A stretch of DNA of 64,000 bases from Amphiscolops sp. MND2022. Lineage: Eukaryota. The notes below the pieces were generated by a model. The model was not told where the DNA came from. It searched no databases and saw only the letters and a program-made list of their open reading frames with translations. The position numbers and the translations under genes are program-made. This document shows, in pieces, positions 51,211 to 62,100 of the stretch. How positions within the stretch are numbered: position 1 is the stretch's first letter; each line of letters starts with the position of its first letter. The stretch spans positions 17,610,001 to 17,674,000 of the forward strand of contig OZ076409.1 in the NCBI GenBank assembly GCA_964187785.1, written 5' to 3'.

Positions 51211-52237
51211 TTAGGAGATCAAGTTGCTTTGTATATTTTGGTGTTGAGAAGGTGATATGCATTCATACTCCAATAACTTGTCTATAATTGCAATAATTTG
51301 TTCATTAATCAAAAACTATCATTTCCTCCAACTTTTTCAAAATAAAGTAGTTTCAATTGATCCACTAATTCGTCTGGGTCAGATGGGAGGAAAATGTACT
51401 GTTGTGTGGAACTTCGCGAATATTCACCATTTAATCCACTTCCTGTGAAGCCCTGTGATTGGCCCTGTGCAGAGCTCCCCGCGAAGCCCTGCAAATCATG
51501 TGCTTGTGTGTAGTCCTGTGTAGAGCTCCCCGCGAAGCCTTGCGTGTAGCCCTGCAATTGATAGCGAGAGTATAATTCTTTAATAAATTGATATCTGATT
51601 GATTTTTATTTCCATAATTTAGATCATATTTCATATCATTTAAGAAGTTATAAATTGAGTCCCAGTTATTTATTTGTTTGTCAAATTGTGTATTAGTTAT
51701 AAAATATTGAAGATCTGTGTCATTTAAATTGTATGAATTCCCATTCTCGAAAGTCATTGTTGAACCTTTGATTAGTACTTGTTGTGGGTTATGGGGATTA
51801 ATTGTGAATAAATTTGTGGAGCTGTGTGGATAACCTTCTATGGGTTCTAAACTAAATTGACTTTTGTTTTTGTCGTTAAGTAAATTAGAAACTGTTTTTA
51901 CAATACTAGAATCAACCTGGTTGGAATTAACAAGACTTGTAAGAAGCTGATTGTTATGATTTGTAATTTCATTATATTGTTTTATTCCTTCTTTAATAGA
52001 ATTTTGAAGAGTATTATTATTGTGTTCTATTGCTCTTGTCTGATTTTCAATGGCTTGTAGTTGTTTTTCATTTGATTCCACCTGCTTTGTAGTAACAGGT
52101 TCAAAAACTTCTTCAAGGTCATAATGAAAGTCTTGCTTCCCTAGTTTCTCTTTTAATCTTTCTTTGTGTACTAAAGATTTTGTTTCTTGTAATTTTTTTA
52201 AATTTTCCAAGTCATCTGGGGTGTGAATTGAATACAT
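51211..52237 (-). pseudogene. Conserved Polinton protein with C-terminal LPSDPDELVDQLKLL..GGN motif; two frameshifts
   Basis: ORFs 51431-52237 and 51309-51557, plus the continuation LINEQIIAIIDKLLEYECI ending at 51211, join through homopolymer frameshifts (~51605, ~51312). Confidence 0.75.
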
Positions 52238-52263
52238 TTATTAAGTATAATTAATGCATATAA

Positions 52264-52728
52264 CTAGTGGATTTTCCCCAGATACAGGCCTTTACTATTA
52301 GTTCTTGCTTTTCTGCCTTTACTCGACAAACCTTCAGCTTTGTATAGGCCCTTCCCTTGATGAACAAATTTAATAACGTCGGGGGCTGTTGCGGCTATCA
52401 TCCGAGGATTTTTACTTGCTGCTGCAGTTCCAATATTCGCTGCTATTTCTAGTGAACGGCCTGGGTTATTGAGTATTTTCTTTCCAACATTTTTGACTGC
52501 AGAACCTAAATGTTTGAAAAAGTCTCCCAATCCTTCCGCATCTACTGTTCGGTCAGATACAATTAGACTCTTATTTCTGTTACATATCATGCAGTTGCCA
52601 CGTAATATTTTTACGGGCCTGCCCATCTGTATCCCAGTGTTTGTAATATCTCCATAAATATTTGTGGTGGGAGAATAATGTTTTCCACCAACACAATATG
52701 AATTATTTATAAATTTATTATAACTCAT
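52264..52728 (-). CDS. Small basic core-like protein with a Cys/His motif and an amphipathic helix, 154 aa
   Basis: YCVGGKH..CMIC motif; GLGDFFKHLGSAVKNVGKKIL helix; repeated GKGLY/KGLYLG. Confidence 0.75.
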   Translation of the reverse strand: MSYNKFINNSYCVGGKHYSPTTNIYGDITNTGIQMGRPVKILRGNCMICNRNKSLIVSDRTVDAEGLGDFFKHLGSAVKNVGKKILNNPGRSLEIAANIGTAAASKNPRMIAATAPDVIKFVHQGKGLYKAEGLSSKGRKARTNSKGLYLGKIH

Positions 52729-52767
52729 TTATTAGAAAAAAATTTTCATTTTTTCCCAACGTCATAT

Positions 52768-53822
52768 TTAGGTAATTTGAATTGTGAAGGTGAGTGTCTC
52801 CCCGTTGAAATCAACTGAATCATGATTAGAGTCCTCAAGGAAAAATTGAATGGTGTCCAGTCGTGTTTTGTTAATTGATTTGTACAAAACAGTTGTGGGT
52901 TCTTTTATAATTTTATATCCGGGAGGTGCGCTTAAATTGAAAGAAAATAAAATTTGTTCTCGTATACCATTAACAATTGAACCATCTACACATTCGCACT
53001 TCAGATGAACTTTGTCGGTGGTTGTTATCATGACTGGTTTTTCTGAAGTGTGAGTTCTGGATGGGTAATCACGTTGTGTAAAACCCAGGACTTTGTTAAG
53101 TTTGGAGTTAAAATGAATAGGGTTTGAGGTTGTTAAAACTGATTTCGTCGATATTGTGTCGGGTATTATGTTGAATTCAATACTAAAAACTGTAAGATCT
53201 TTTTTGAATTTTGACTTATCATCTAATTCATAACCTGAATCAGTAATTCTTTGTTTTATGGTATTATTTATTTCAATCAGTTCGTATACACCTGGAACTA
53301 AATTTATATCAATAAACTCATTCTCAATTTCAAAGTTTGGAATAGTTATAGGAATGTTGCTCTTCATTTGTTTTAAATAGTCAAAATCTTTTTTCGGAAG
53401 TTTCTTCTTTTTTTATAACTAGTAAGTAAATATATATTAGCTTTTTCTATAAATTCATAGTAAAGTTTATTATTTTCTAAATCATAAGTTTCAAATAGTT
53501 TTTTTATATTTGGCACCACTCCCGTGTCAAACTCAAGTGCATCGAGTTGTCGATCATTTAGAATAATCTGTAGTTTGTTATTGCTGTTAGTGATATTATA
53601 AACTGTATTGTATACTTCTAAACTTGTTACTCCCATCATCCATTTTTCATTTAAATTGAGAGGAATATCAAATGAGAAAGATTCTTTTTGTTTATTCATT
53701 TTAAATTCTAGAGTTTCTTGTGGTTTAGAATGAGTATTTTCAACAATTTCTTGATTAGATTTTGCAATACTTAAAAGAAGAGATTCTTTTTTATCATATG
53801 TTACGAAGCTTGACAGATCCAT
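52768..53822 (-). pseudogene. Minor capsid protein (penton, single jelly-roll), split by one frameshift
   Basis: N-half WMMGVTSLEVYNTVYNITNSNN; C-half PGVYEL, FSFNLSAPPGYKI and VDFNGETLTFTIQI. The frames join across the T-run at ~53410 (KKKLPKKDFDYLKQMKSN). Confidence 0.88.
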
Positions 53823-53825
53823 TTA

Positions 53826-54074
53826 TTATAGATTAAATTGTTTGAATCCACTAGCGGAAATGTTATTTATAAATTCTTGCCTATCTTTTGATAATGTTTT
53901 CTTATGCGATAGCTTCCGCAAATTTCTTGTATTTTTTCCATGATTTTGATTTTGATTGTGAAGCTGTTCTGTGGAGCTGTGCGTGAAATTTTGTGCGTTA
54001 GCTGTCGCGAGAGCTGGCGCAAAGCTGCGCGAGATAATTTTATATTGAGTTGAATAATTATTAATTTTCTTCAT
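53826..54074 (-). CDS. Small basic Polinton protein, 82 aa
   Basis: Starts at AATAAATG overlapping the protease stop codon and fills the gap between the protease and penton genes exactly. Confidence 0.65.
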   Translation of the reverse strand: MKKINNYSTQYKIISRSFAPALATANAQNFTHSSTEQLHNQNQNHGKNTRNLRKLSHKKTLSKDRQEFINNISASGFKQFNL

Positions 54075-54502
54075 TTATTAAGTTTGAAAGTTTGGTAGTA
54101 TAAATTTAGTACTGCATTTTTGAACCCAATTTTATTTGTGAGATACAGTGTGTATAAACAATACGCCGCGCAATAACTGTCGTTGGTCTGAGTTTGATAT
54201 TCTGAATAAATACCATTTTTAATATGATAAAGTATATTAGTTGGGGGTGGGCATCCATATGAATCAAAATAATTTTGATCTGTAAACATAACCCAATGTG
54301 TTCCTTTAGTTGGATGTAAGTTAACTATACCACTGGTAGTGGTAAATTTATCATCTCTCATGTAAATTCCTGCTGGGATTGTTAGTTTATCAAGAATTTC
54401 CTTTATTTTTACATTGGAAGTTGCTTCGTTTTTTAATCCATATTTTTCAATAAAGTCTTTGAATGAGAGATAATTGCGAAGCTGTGTTAACTGTCGTGCC
54501 AT
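54071..54502 (-). CDS. Adenain-like cysteine maturation protease, 143 aa
   Basis: GTHWV (His), YFDSYG (Asp) and QT..SYCAAYC (Gln/Cys). Confidence 0.92.
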   Translation of the reverse strand: MARQLTQLRNYLSFKDFIEKYGLKNEATSNVKIKEILDKLTIPAGIYMRDDKFTTTSGIVNLHPTKGTHWVMFTDQNYFDSYGCPPPTNILYHIKNGIYSEYQTQTNDSYCAAYCLYTLYLTNKIGFKNAVLNLYYQTFKLNK

Positions 54503-54529
54503 TTATTAGTTATTTTTCATTGTTGTGTG

Positions 54530-54690
54530 TGCAACGTTGACAGTAAACTATAGAGGTTAGTGAATTTTGCTTCATGGTAAAAACACTATTTTTGATGATT
54601 TGTTTTCTAAAAAGTCCTTAAAATCAATGGTTTTGAGGACTTTTAATTTTTGGGGTTTTTGTGGCCAGTATCGAGATTTCCACTACTACT
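54530..54690 (-). repeat. Polinton right TIR
   Basis: Inverted copy of 40116-40276. Confidence 0.97.
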
Positions 54691-57230
54691 ATCTTATCAA
54701 AAGAACCATGTTCCCAAGAAAAAGTTTAATGCAAAATCCTATTTGGCCAGAAAAAAATGTGAAAGGAAGTCAACAAAAATCAACATTTTTGCCGATTCAT
54801 ATTGTTAGACATTAAAATATCTGTTAGCAAGGTAAAAAATCTTATTGAAGAGTCCTTATGCTTTCTATTTAGGGATCCACTGATTTCATTGTTCTATCAA
54901 TTGCAGAACTGTCGCCAACAACGGCGTCAGAAAAGCTTCGAGCTGAATCATTACCCAAACTGGGGCAATGACCGTCGTTTCTAGCAGTAATAAGGCTGCT
55001 GAAAGAGGCTCAAAGATAACAGGAGATATGCATTTACAAAAATTTCCGGATTTTTACATGTTTCCTGTGTAACTTTCCGATATTGGCTCTGGACATTTTA
55101 GAGCATTTTTCTCTGTTTCTGAAATAGACAGGAGTAATAAATTACAAGTTTTGGAATACCCACGAGATGAGCTTTCATTTGGAACATTTGCATTTCCCAG
55201 TCTTAAACAGGTGAGCAGTTATTAGGATTCTCGTCAAAATTTCGGAAGCCAGAATACGTTATCGTAATTTTTCACGCATTTTTGCATGCAAAATTTTTTC
55301 AGCAGGTTTAAGCATTTTGATTATGAAAACGAGTAGAAATAGTGGTTGTGAAATGAGCCTTCAGATTGAGTCTCACCTGCTTTTACTGAAGGAATAGTGT
55401 TTTTTTATAATAGAACTTTCTCCATCGTGATAAGATACGATCTTGGAATAATGTATTATCTTAGTAAGATCTTAATAAGAATCTTGCTATTTGATCCATG
55501 GTTGCCAAGATGTAGTAAGAATTTGGCAAGATCTTGCCAAGACAGCCAAAATGCTAGTAAGAGGGTCAACCAGGGCAGTCAAGAAATCTATCTTACCGGG
55601 TACAGGAGTTTCTGTCCGGGCTGCGGAATCTTGAATTGATCCTTTCTAGCTCGGAGTGGAGCTAGTTTTATAGCTGTCCAGTTTTTGAGGGAAGCAGTTG
55701 TTCAAGTGATCGCTAAAAAGACTAGTTTATCTGACGTTTCTGAGTCTAGAGTCAAATCTGGGCCAGAGATTTTGTTCCAAGATCTTGTCACGGGGATTTC
55801 TTCTTTAAGACGTGGCGACAGATCTGACCAGAGACTCACAAAATTCTCTGGGATGGTCAACCGCTTGATTTGGTCTACTGTGTTTCTCAAGTTACGTTCT
55901 ATATACCACAAATGAGGAGAATCTTTCGAAAGTTTTGATTCTGATTAAAAGATTTGGATTCAATACTGAAATGAAATAGGCTTCTCTTCTGAAATGAAGC
56001 GCAGACCAATCGATAACCAAGATAATAAAAGGTTTTCTTTAGTTGACTCAGCTCATTCATTATGGCACGTGTCTTTCTGGCTGTGAAAGATATTACTCCT
56101 CATATCCGGGGTTGCCTGACATTACAGCGGGTTGTAAATCTAGGGGTGTCTTACTCTCGGAGCAGGCCTGGCTCTTTTCTGTCCCCCCCACCACCAAAAT
56201 TTTTGAAAATAACATTCCTTAAAAAATTTAGACTAGCCTTCTTAAAAGTAAAACCTTCTTTCATAGCAGGAAGTTAGCTTCTATTAGAGTAGTTTTCTGC
56301 TTGAACAAAACATTTTTCTCACATTTTGACTGTGAATATTTTGGAAATTAACTGTTTTTAGTGACTCAAAACAGGAAGCTGTTGATTTCTTCATCAATAA
56401 TGCGTAACTACATAGGGAATAAGTGTGCGTATAGTTTGTATCTGAATTCTAAAGTATCGGCCCGAGAATAAATATAAAACTGAAGCTTCTGGTTTGTATT
56501 CAAGTCTATTTGTTATAAAATTTTCACTGATTTTCCAAAAACAAATTGGTGGTGGTGGGGGGTTTCAGAAAAGAGCCGCAGGCCTTATAATAGAAGCATT
56601 ACAGTGTTTGTGCATTGAAACTCAAGTGAAACAAGGGTTTGATTCTTCATTCCTGCATTTCAGGAACAAGAGACTTCTACTGAGCAACCACAACAACGGA
56701 CTAAATCATGGGGACTTTGGGGCGCAACAGTTACATCAGTTGTTGCAGCTTTTGGTGGATGTGGGCACCTCTGCTGAAGAACTTCTTCAAGCCCTGCCTC
56801 TCTCGACCCACCCCTCCCCCAGTAGAGAGACCTCCAAGCGGCCATCTGTCGACCTCCAGAGGGCGTCGCCCCTCAGAACAGCCAATCAGGGGTTAGTATG
56901 TTGGTTACGTCAAAAATTGAAGACTGTTTAATGATTATTGGTAACCATCGATCGACATATCGACGTAAATTGCTTGTTTTTGTTGGTCGGAGCTTTATCT
57001 TATTGGATAAAGGAAAGAAAATAAAAGGCAAATAAAGTTCCAAAACGAAGTAAATTGCGATAATAGAACCGATGTTCTTATTGCAATATTTCAAAAACTT
57101 ATGTGTCAATTCAAAGAAGACTTAATTGCGAGTTATTTATTCAGAACTCTTTCATGTATCAAACATGTACCGAAACGTGAATACAACCAATGACACTAGA
57201 AAGTCGATGTCAAAAAATCCAAGACGCCGA

Positions 57231-57575
57231 TTAAGCACCTGGATTTTTTCCGCTGTCGGAACGACTGTCAGTACTTGCAGTTGCTGAATTTAGTCTGTTC
57301 CCTTCTCCATTAACGGAGGCAAACTGATTAGTTAATGTAAGGACTATGCTGGTAAGGTCTCCGATTTGTCTATTTATCTCATTAAATCGTTGGTCAATGC
57401 TATAATTACTGCTATTTTGACGTCTAGTTAATACGTCGTCAGAGTCAAGGTCTACGATTTGGTCTCTGGATAAGATATCAGGGAAACTGGATTCACTTTC
57501 ATTATCGCTTGATTCGTCCATGTTTTCAGCTTCTAATTGTCTATTTTGACTACTTTGAGATCTAGTAGTTACCAT
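57231..57575 (-). CDS. Gag-like N-terminal ORF located inside the LTR; runs out into flanking DNA in this 3' copy
   Basis: Starts MVTTRSQ, has an acidic tract and a coiled-coil, stays open to the LTR end (..DSRSD) and then reads 7 flank codons. A homolog is present in the solo LTR. Confidence 0.6.
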   Translation of the reverse strand: MVTTRSQSSQNRQLEAENMDESSDNESESSFPDILSRDQIVDLDSDDVLTRRQNSSNYSIDQRFNEINRQIGDLTSIVLTLTNQFASVNGEGNRLNSATASTDSRSDSGKNPGA

Positions 57576-58375
57576 GAAAAGTACGAAAGTTCTAAGTTGA
57601 ATTGAAATGCGTTAATGTAATGCTAAGGATTGATACTTCGTAAGTAAGGTAGTAGGCAACTTGTTCTATCAATAGTTACAATTCGTGAGTGACTTCGGTT
57701 TTACCCGATTGTGTAACTATAAAGGTGTGTTAGCACCTTTTTTTTAGCCAATGACATTCGATTTACTAATTGCTATTTAATTGCACTTGACGACTGGTAG
57801 TTACAGTCGTGACGGGTGATAATCGGCGTTTAATTATTCATGTTTGATCTAGTATGACCGCAAGCACCGGTCATTTTAGCACGCAATTGTCTCAATTACC
57901 TCTTAAACTGAGGCTTTACTACCGTGTATCCTTATCATCATGGTGACTGATTCAATTATCGTTTGGAGGTTAATTACTACAAGGCATTGTACAAATTGCT
58001 GATATAAATGAATGAAATGGAGTTGTTATGAATGATCGAGTATTCTGGTAATACTTTACATGTAATATAAAAAATGGATGAAGAATGATTAAATGATGAA
58101 CTATCACGATAGCTGATGACTGATTGTTCCAGTCTTATACGTGAGAATCACTTATGATGACTGAATATTTCAGTCTTAGTTTCTAACGATGCACAATAAC
58201 ATGAATGAATTTAGTATTGATGACTGTTAGTTCCAGTTGTTATATTTCCAACTGTATTGTTCGAGGAATAGATTACTGCAATGTATTTTCATGATGATCT
58301 GTATTTTAGGGAGTTTGATGTATGAATTAATATTTTAGAGTTCGTTTAGTTCCTTCATGCTTGGCGGGCATGACA
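57254..58375 (-). repeat. 3' LTR (1122 bp)
   Basis: The minus strand reads TGTCATG... immediately after the PPT and ends ...CGTTCCGACA, giving the terminal IR TGTC/GACA. Its length matches the solo LTR at 21251-22367. Confidence 0.8.
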
Positions 58376-58389
58376 TTCCCCCTTTTTTG
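58376..58389 (-). other. Polypurine tract
   Basis: A purine run of the form A6-G5-AA on the minus strand directly precedes the LTR TG. Confidence 0.85.
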
Positions 58390-59195
58390 AGAGAGAGAGC
58401 AAGCTGTAGGGGTAATGGGTAAGGTGAACGGTCGAGTTGAGAGGTATTAGGTGTTTGAGTTGAGTATTGAGCAGCGGCTGAAGTGGCGAGCAAGGTATAG
58501 AGAAACGTGTGGGTGGCAATGTAGCGTTTGGAAACTTTCGGAAGCGTGAATGGACAAGGTGAGGCAGGCAAATAGTAGGTAGTCGGAAGTTGAAGTCTAT
58601 TTATAGCAACGGTTTGACAGCCACGTCATCCATGTAGTGCGCATTGAGTGTAATGTTTGTTTAAGCAACTTTTCATCGATCATCGGCAGTTGATTGATTT
58701 GTTGTGTTGCCATAGTGAAAGTCAGTTGAGTCAATTACTGTTTGAATTGAAATTTGATCCCGCTTTAATTTGAGAGTATTCACCTTCGTTTGTCAACCGT
58801 TGGCTTTGCTCATTCTTCCACAACGATGAAAATAGGTCCATGTTTTGTTTTTGCACCGTTAGTCCTGTATTTTTCGGGTATCGATTGTACTGATAAAATT
58901 GTGAGGGGAATTAATCTTTTTTGGCTGGGAAACACGACTGCTTTCTTTCTGCTTCTTGTAATTAGCATTTGATATCTGGTGGAAATAAGTCCAAAATATG
59001 GTTCCTTGAATGTCCAGTATTACTCGAGTAAGACTGTTTGATGAGGAGGTCAGGTATCCATTGTATATTGGAATAGGTGATCAGTCTATAACAACAATAA
59101 ATGGAAGAATGAGCTTTTGCAGTCGTGTCTTCGTCGCCGATTATTATTTCCCCAAAGAGTTTCAGTTATTTCCTTTGCCCCTTGCGCGATTCAAT

Positions 59196-62100
59196 ATGTC
59201 TGATGATGAGGCAGGTCAGTCCTTTGATCCTGGTTTAGCTGATTTAGTCGCTGAAGTTGAGAATCAGATGGCCGGAGAGGGGGCTCAGCTAGGTGGAAGT
59301 GGAGGCGAGCTGGAGTTATCAGGATTATTGCTGAAGACTAGTTACTGCTGTCAGTTTGCGGCTCGTGTATCCTCTGCTAATATCGCTGGTTTAGGCGATT
59401 TATTGGATGTCGTCCTCTCCCAGGAATTTGGTAAGTGCGCTTTTCGTATATTGTTCTATTGTCAGTGGTATATCTAAGGCGTAAGGGAGAGTTTAGTCTT
59501 TCTTTCAAGTTTGCATTCTTTCAAGTTTTAGTCTCGTAATGTTAGGGAGTGTCGGGCATAGCATTTTTAACAGGGCGTTCTCGTGTTTGTAGCTGATGTC
59601 AACATGTCCGACGTGGTCAGTTATTTACGTCGCTTTCGTGCTTCGATAGCCGCTGGAACTGCTGAGGGTCCTAAGACAGAGGCGGCGCCCATCCTTCGTC
59701 GACTGGATGCCTTTCTGACATCGCATCTTGGTAGGTGAATTCGCGGTTACTGTGAAGCTAGGTTATCTGCTGGGGGGTCTTTTGGTTCTTTTGCTGTTCA
59801 ATACCAATGCATGCAGTATACGGTTGCTGTTCTATAACCAGGCGGTGATAGGTGCCTTCAGTCGTTAAGTCCAAAGTAGGTGCTGTGAACTGTGGGTTAC
59901 TTTGCAGATGCCAACGTTCGAGCTGATGCCGTTCTGGGGCAATTCACTGAATTGTTTCGTCGTGTGGAACGGGAATATCAGCAGTGGGTGAAGGCTGCAA
60001 TTGAGTCTAGTTTGGGCCGGCTAGGGACAGTGGGTGCTCTCGCTGTCGAGGAATTCCTGGACAAATTGAATGAAGCTTTGCGAGAACTGGGTCAAGCTCC
60101 TCTCGTTCCCCGTGGTGATGGGACTTCTTCTCTACCACGTTCCGTAGCTGGGAGCATCTCTGGTGTGGACGATCGTCGTGCGGCAGTGGAATCTGATGTG
60201 CCGTCTGATTTTGGAGAAAAAAGCGTCGTTCCTTCTGGGGGGACTTCGTCTGCTGTTGCCTCCACATCAAGGCCTGGTAAGAACTCTCAAAAGATCATGT
60301 GAGGGGTTTTAGTTTTAAGTGGTAAAGAAATAAGAGATATATAACGTACTACTAATGATTAAGGACAAACACGTTTTTTTAAAGTTTTGTAAGGTTTTGA
60401 CTGGATAGTGGTGCTATGTTAGTTGTGTTGTGTGTTAGCAGGACGGAAGCGTGCTATCAAAACGTTGAAACCATCATTCTTCGTTTCTGGGGTCGTGGGG
60501 ACCTTCGTTGGTTTCCCCCGAAACAAACGTGTGGTGGACGGGTTCGCAAGGTGTCGTCTGTGCCGCGTTGATTTAAGTATTGCCGGACGCGGGCTACACA
60601 ACTTGTGGGATCACTGGAAGGGGCGAGAGCACACTCGTCTTGAGCAGCGCTTCCGCATCATGTCTAATAGGCCTCTATTGGACAAGTCCTGTAGGCCCGT
60701 GTCATTGGACGAGGACTGGAGAATTCGGGCAGCCAGAGTGTCAGAGCCACCTGTCATTCTGGAGTCAGAGGTGAAGCTGACTGTGGAAGAGCGGATTGCG
60801 GTCGAAATAGAAGAGGAGGCAGCAGGTTCGAAACCCGAGTTGTCGGAGTCCAGTGCTTCATACCTCTGGCTATGCTGTTTTATCAATAACTTTGTTGAAC
60901 TGAAAGACTTCTCAAGCGTTGTGCGGTCCATGGAAGTGTGGTCCAGTAGCATGCGGGGCGAGCTGGTTTTCAGTGAGAGGGTGCTATCATACCCGAAATG
61001 TCAGGTAATACATGTTTTGTTCGTCCTTTTTTTGTGTTGTGTTCGTGAATGTTGGTTTTTGTCTGCTAGTTCGTGTATGCAGTTGCTTACTGTTTTCGTT
61101 GGCAGTACTTGCTGAGAAGTGTCACTGTTGTATGTTTGTTGTAGAGTCTTGTTTTATACGGCCTGTATCCATTTGTCATGGAGAAGCTGAGCGATCTACT
61201 CTCTGCTGGGGCGCGGTTTGGTCTGCACGTCCGCACTGATGGGTCGTTGAAGCGAGTGGATTGCCACATTTTTGACGCTCTGACAGTCAAGATGGTTGTG
61301 CTAGCTGCTATTCCTGGGGGTGGTGAGTGGGAACGCTAACTACTCAAGATCGTTGTCTCTGTTCTGGCCTGTGTGGAGTCTCATGCGGGTCTGTGTGCTG
61401 TGAGTGTGGGGGAGATACTGCGTCTTGGGCGTGCGTTAGCTAGCATCGCGCATCCAACCATACCTTTGGTTACTCGTCGTCTCGATGTGGACTGGCTGAA
61501 GGATTTGCTGCGGCGCACGTTTCTGCGAGAATTGAGTGGACTGGAACCTTTCTGCGTGTTCGAGTATTTCCGGTTCCGCTTAGCTGCCGTCATCGGTGGT
61601 TCGTCGTTTGACAATATGCCTAGGCTTCGAGAGGTAATTGATTTTAAGTTTGTTAGCGCATTTTTTTTCTTCGGGGACTGGTGTTGTGAGTATGTGTGGT
61701 AATGTGTGGTCGTGGTCTGCTTTGTCCTAACTCGGTGCTGATTTTGTTTTAGTTCGTCCGTGGTGGTGCTGCGCGTTTCCAGGAGTTGTCGGCTCTGTGC
61801 ACCGAACTTGTGGAGCGATGGGACGACCTCGGTGCCTACTTTGGCGTCCACCGGTCAAATACTGTGTCCGAAACGCGGAGTATAGCCAGTATGGAAACTC
61901 AAGTCTTCAACGATGCTTTGTCGAGGCCGCGATTTACAGTTTTGAATTTTCTGGCAGAGACAGGTCAGTATAAGAGTTTTGGGTGTTTCTTGTGTACGGG
62001 TGTGTCGGTACTAGTTTTGTTGTAATTTTTGATTTGGGTGTTATCGACGTCTGAGTTGCTAGGGTGTGTAGTTTTTCGACATGTTGGTTGTGATTCGCCT

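Larger units (their letters stand above)
40116..54690. mobile_element. Complete Polinton/Maverick (adintovirus-type endogenous dsDNA virus), 14,575 bp
   Basis: It starts AGTAGTAGT and ends ACTACTACT, has 161-bp TIRs, and has a 6-bp TSD ATCTTA (40110-40115, 54691-54696). It encodes pPolB, rve integrase, MCP, mCP, A32-like ATPases and a cysteine protease. Confidence 0.97.
40001..55575 (+). mobile_element. Non-autonomous CCC...GGG TIR transposon, copy 2, split by the Polinton insertion
   Basis: CCCGGGTTGACCCTC at 40001 and GAGGGTCAACCAGGG ending at 55575 are flanked by CA/CA. The body matches the reverse complement of 25226-26733. Confidence 0.85.

Noticed and set aside
52768..53367. Separate 199-aa gene
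   Set aside because: It lacks the ATAAATG start and joins the upstream ORF through a homopolymer frameshift, so it is the C-half of the penton.
56494..56931. 145-aa ORF and CCAAT/GC-rich patch
   Set aside because: No recognisable domain or supporting exon structure; insufficient evidence for a gene or promoter.
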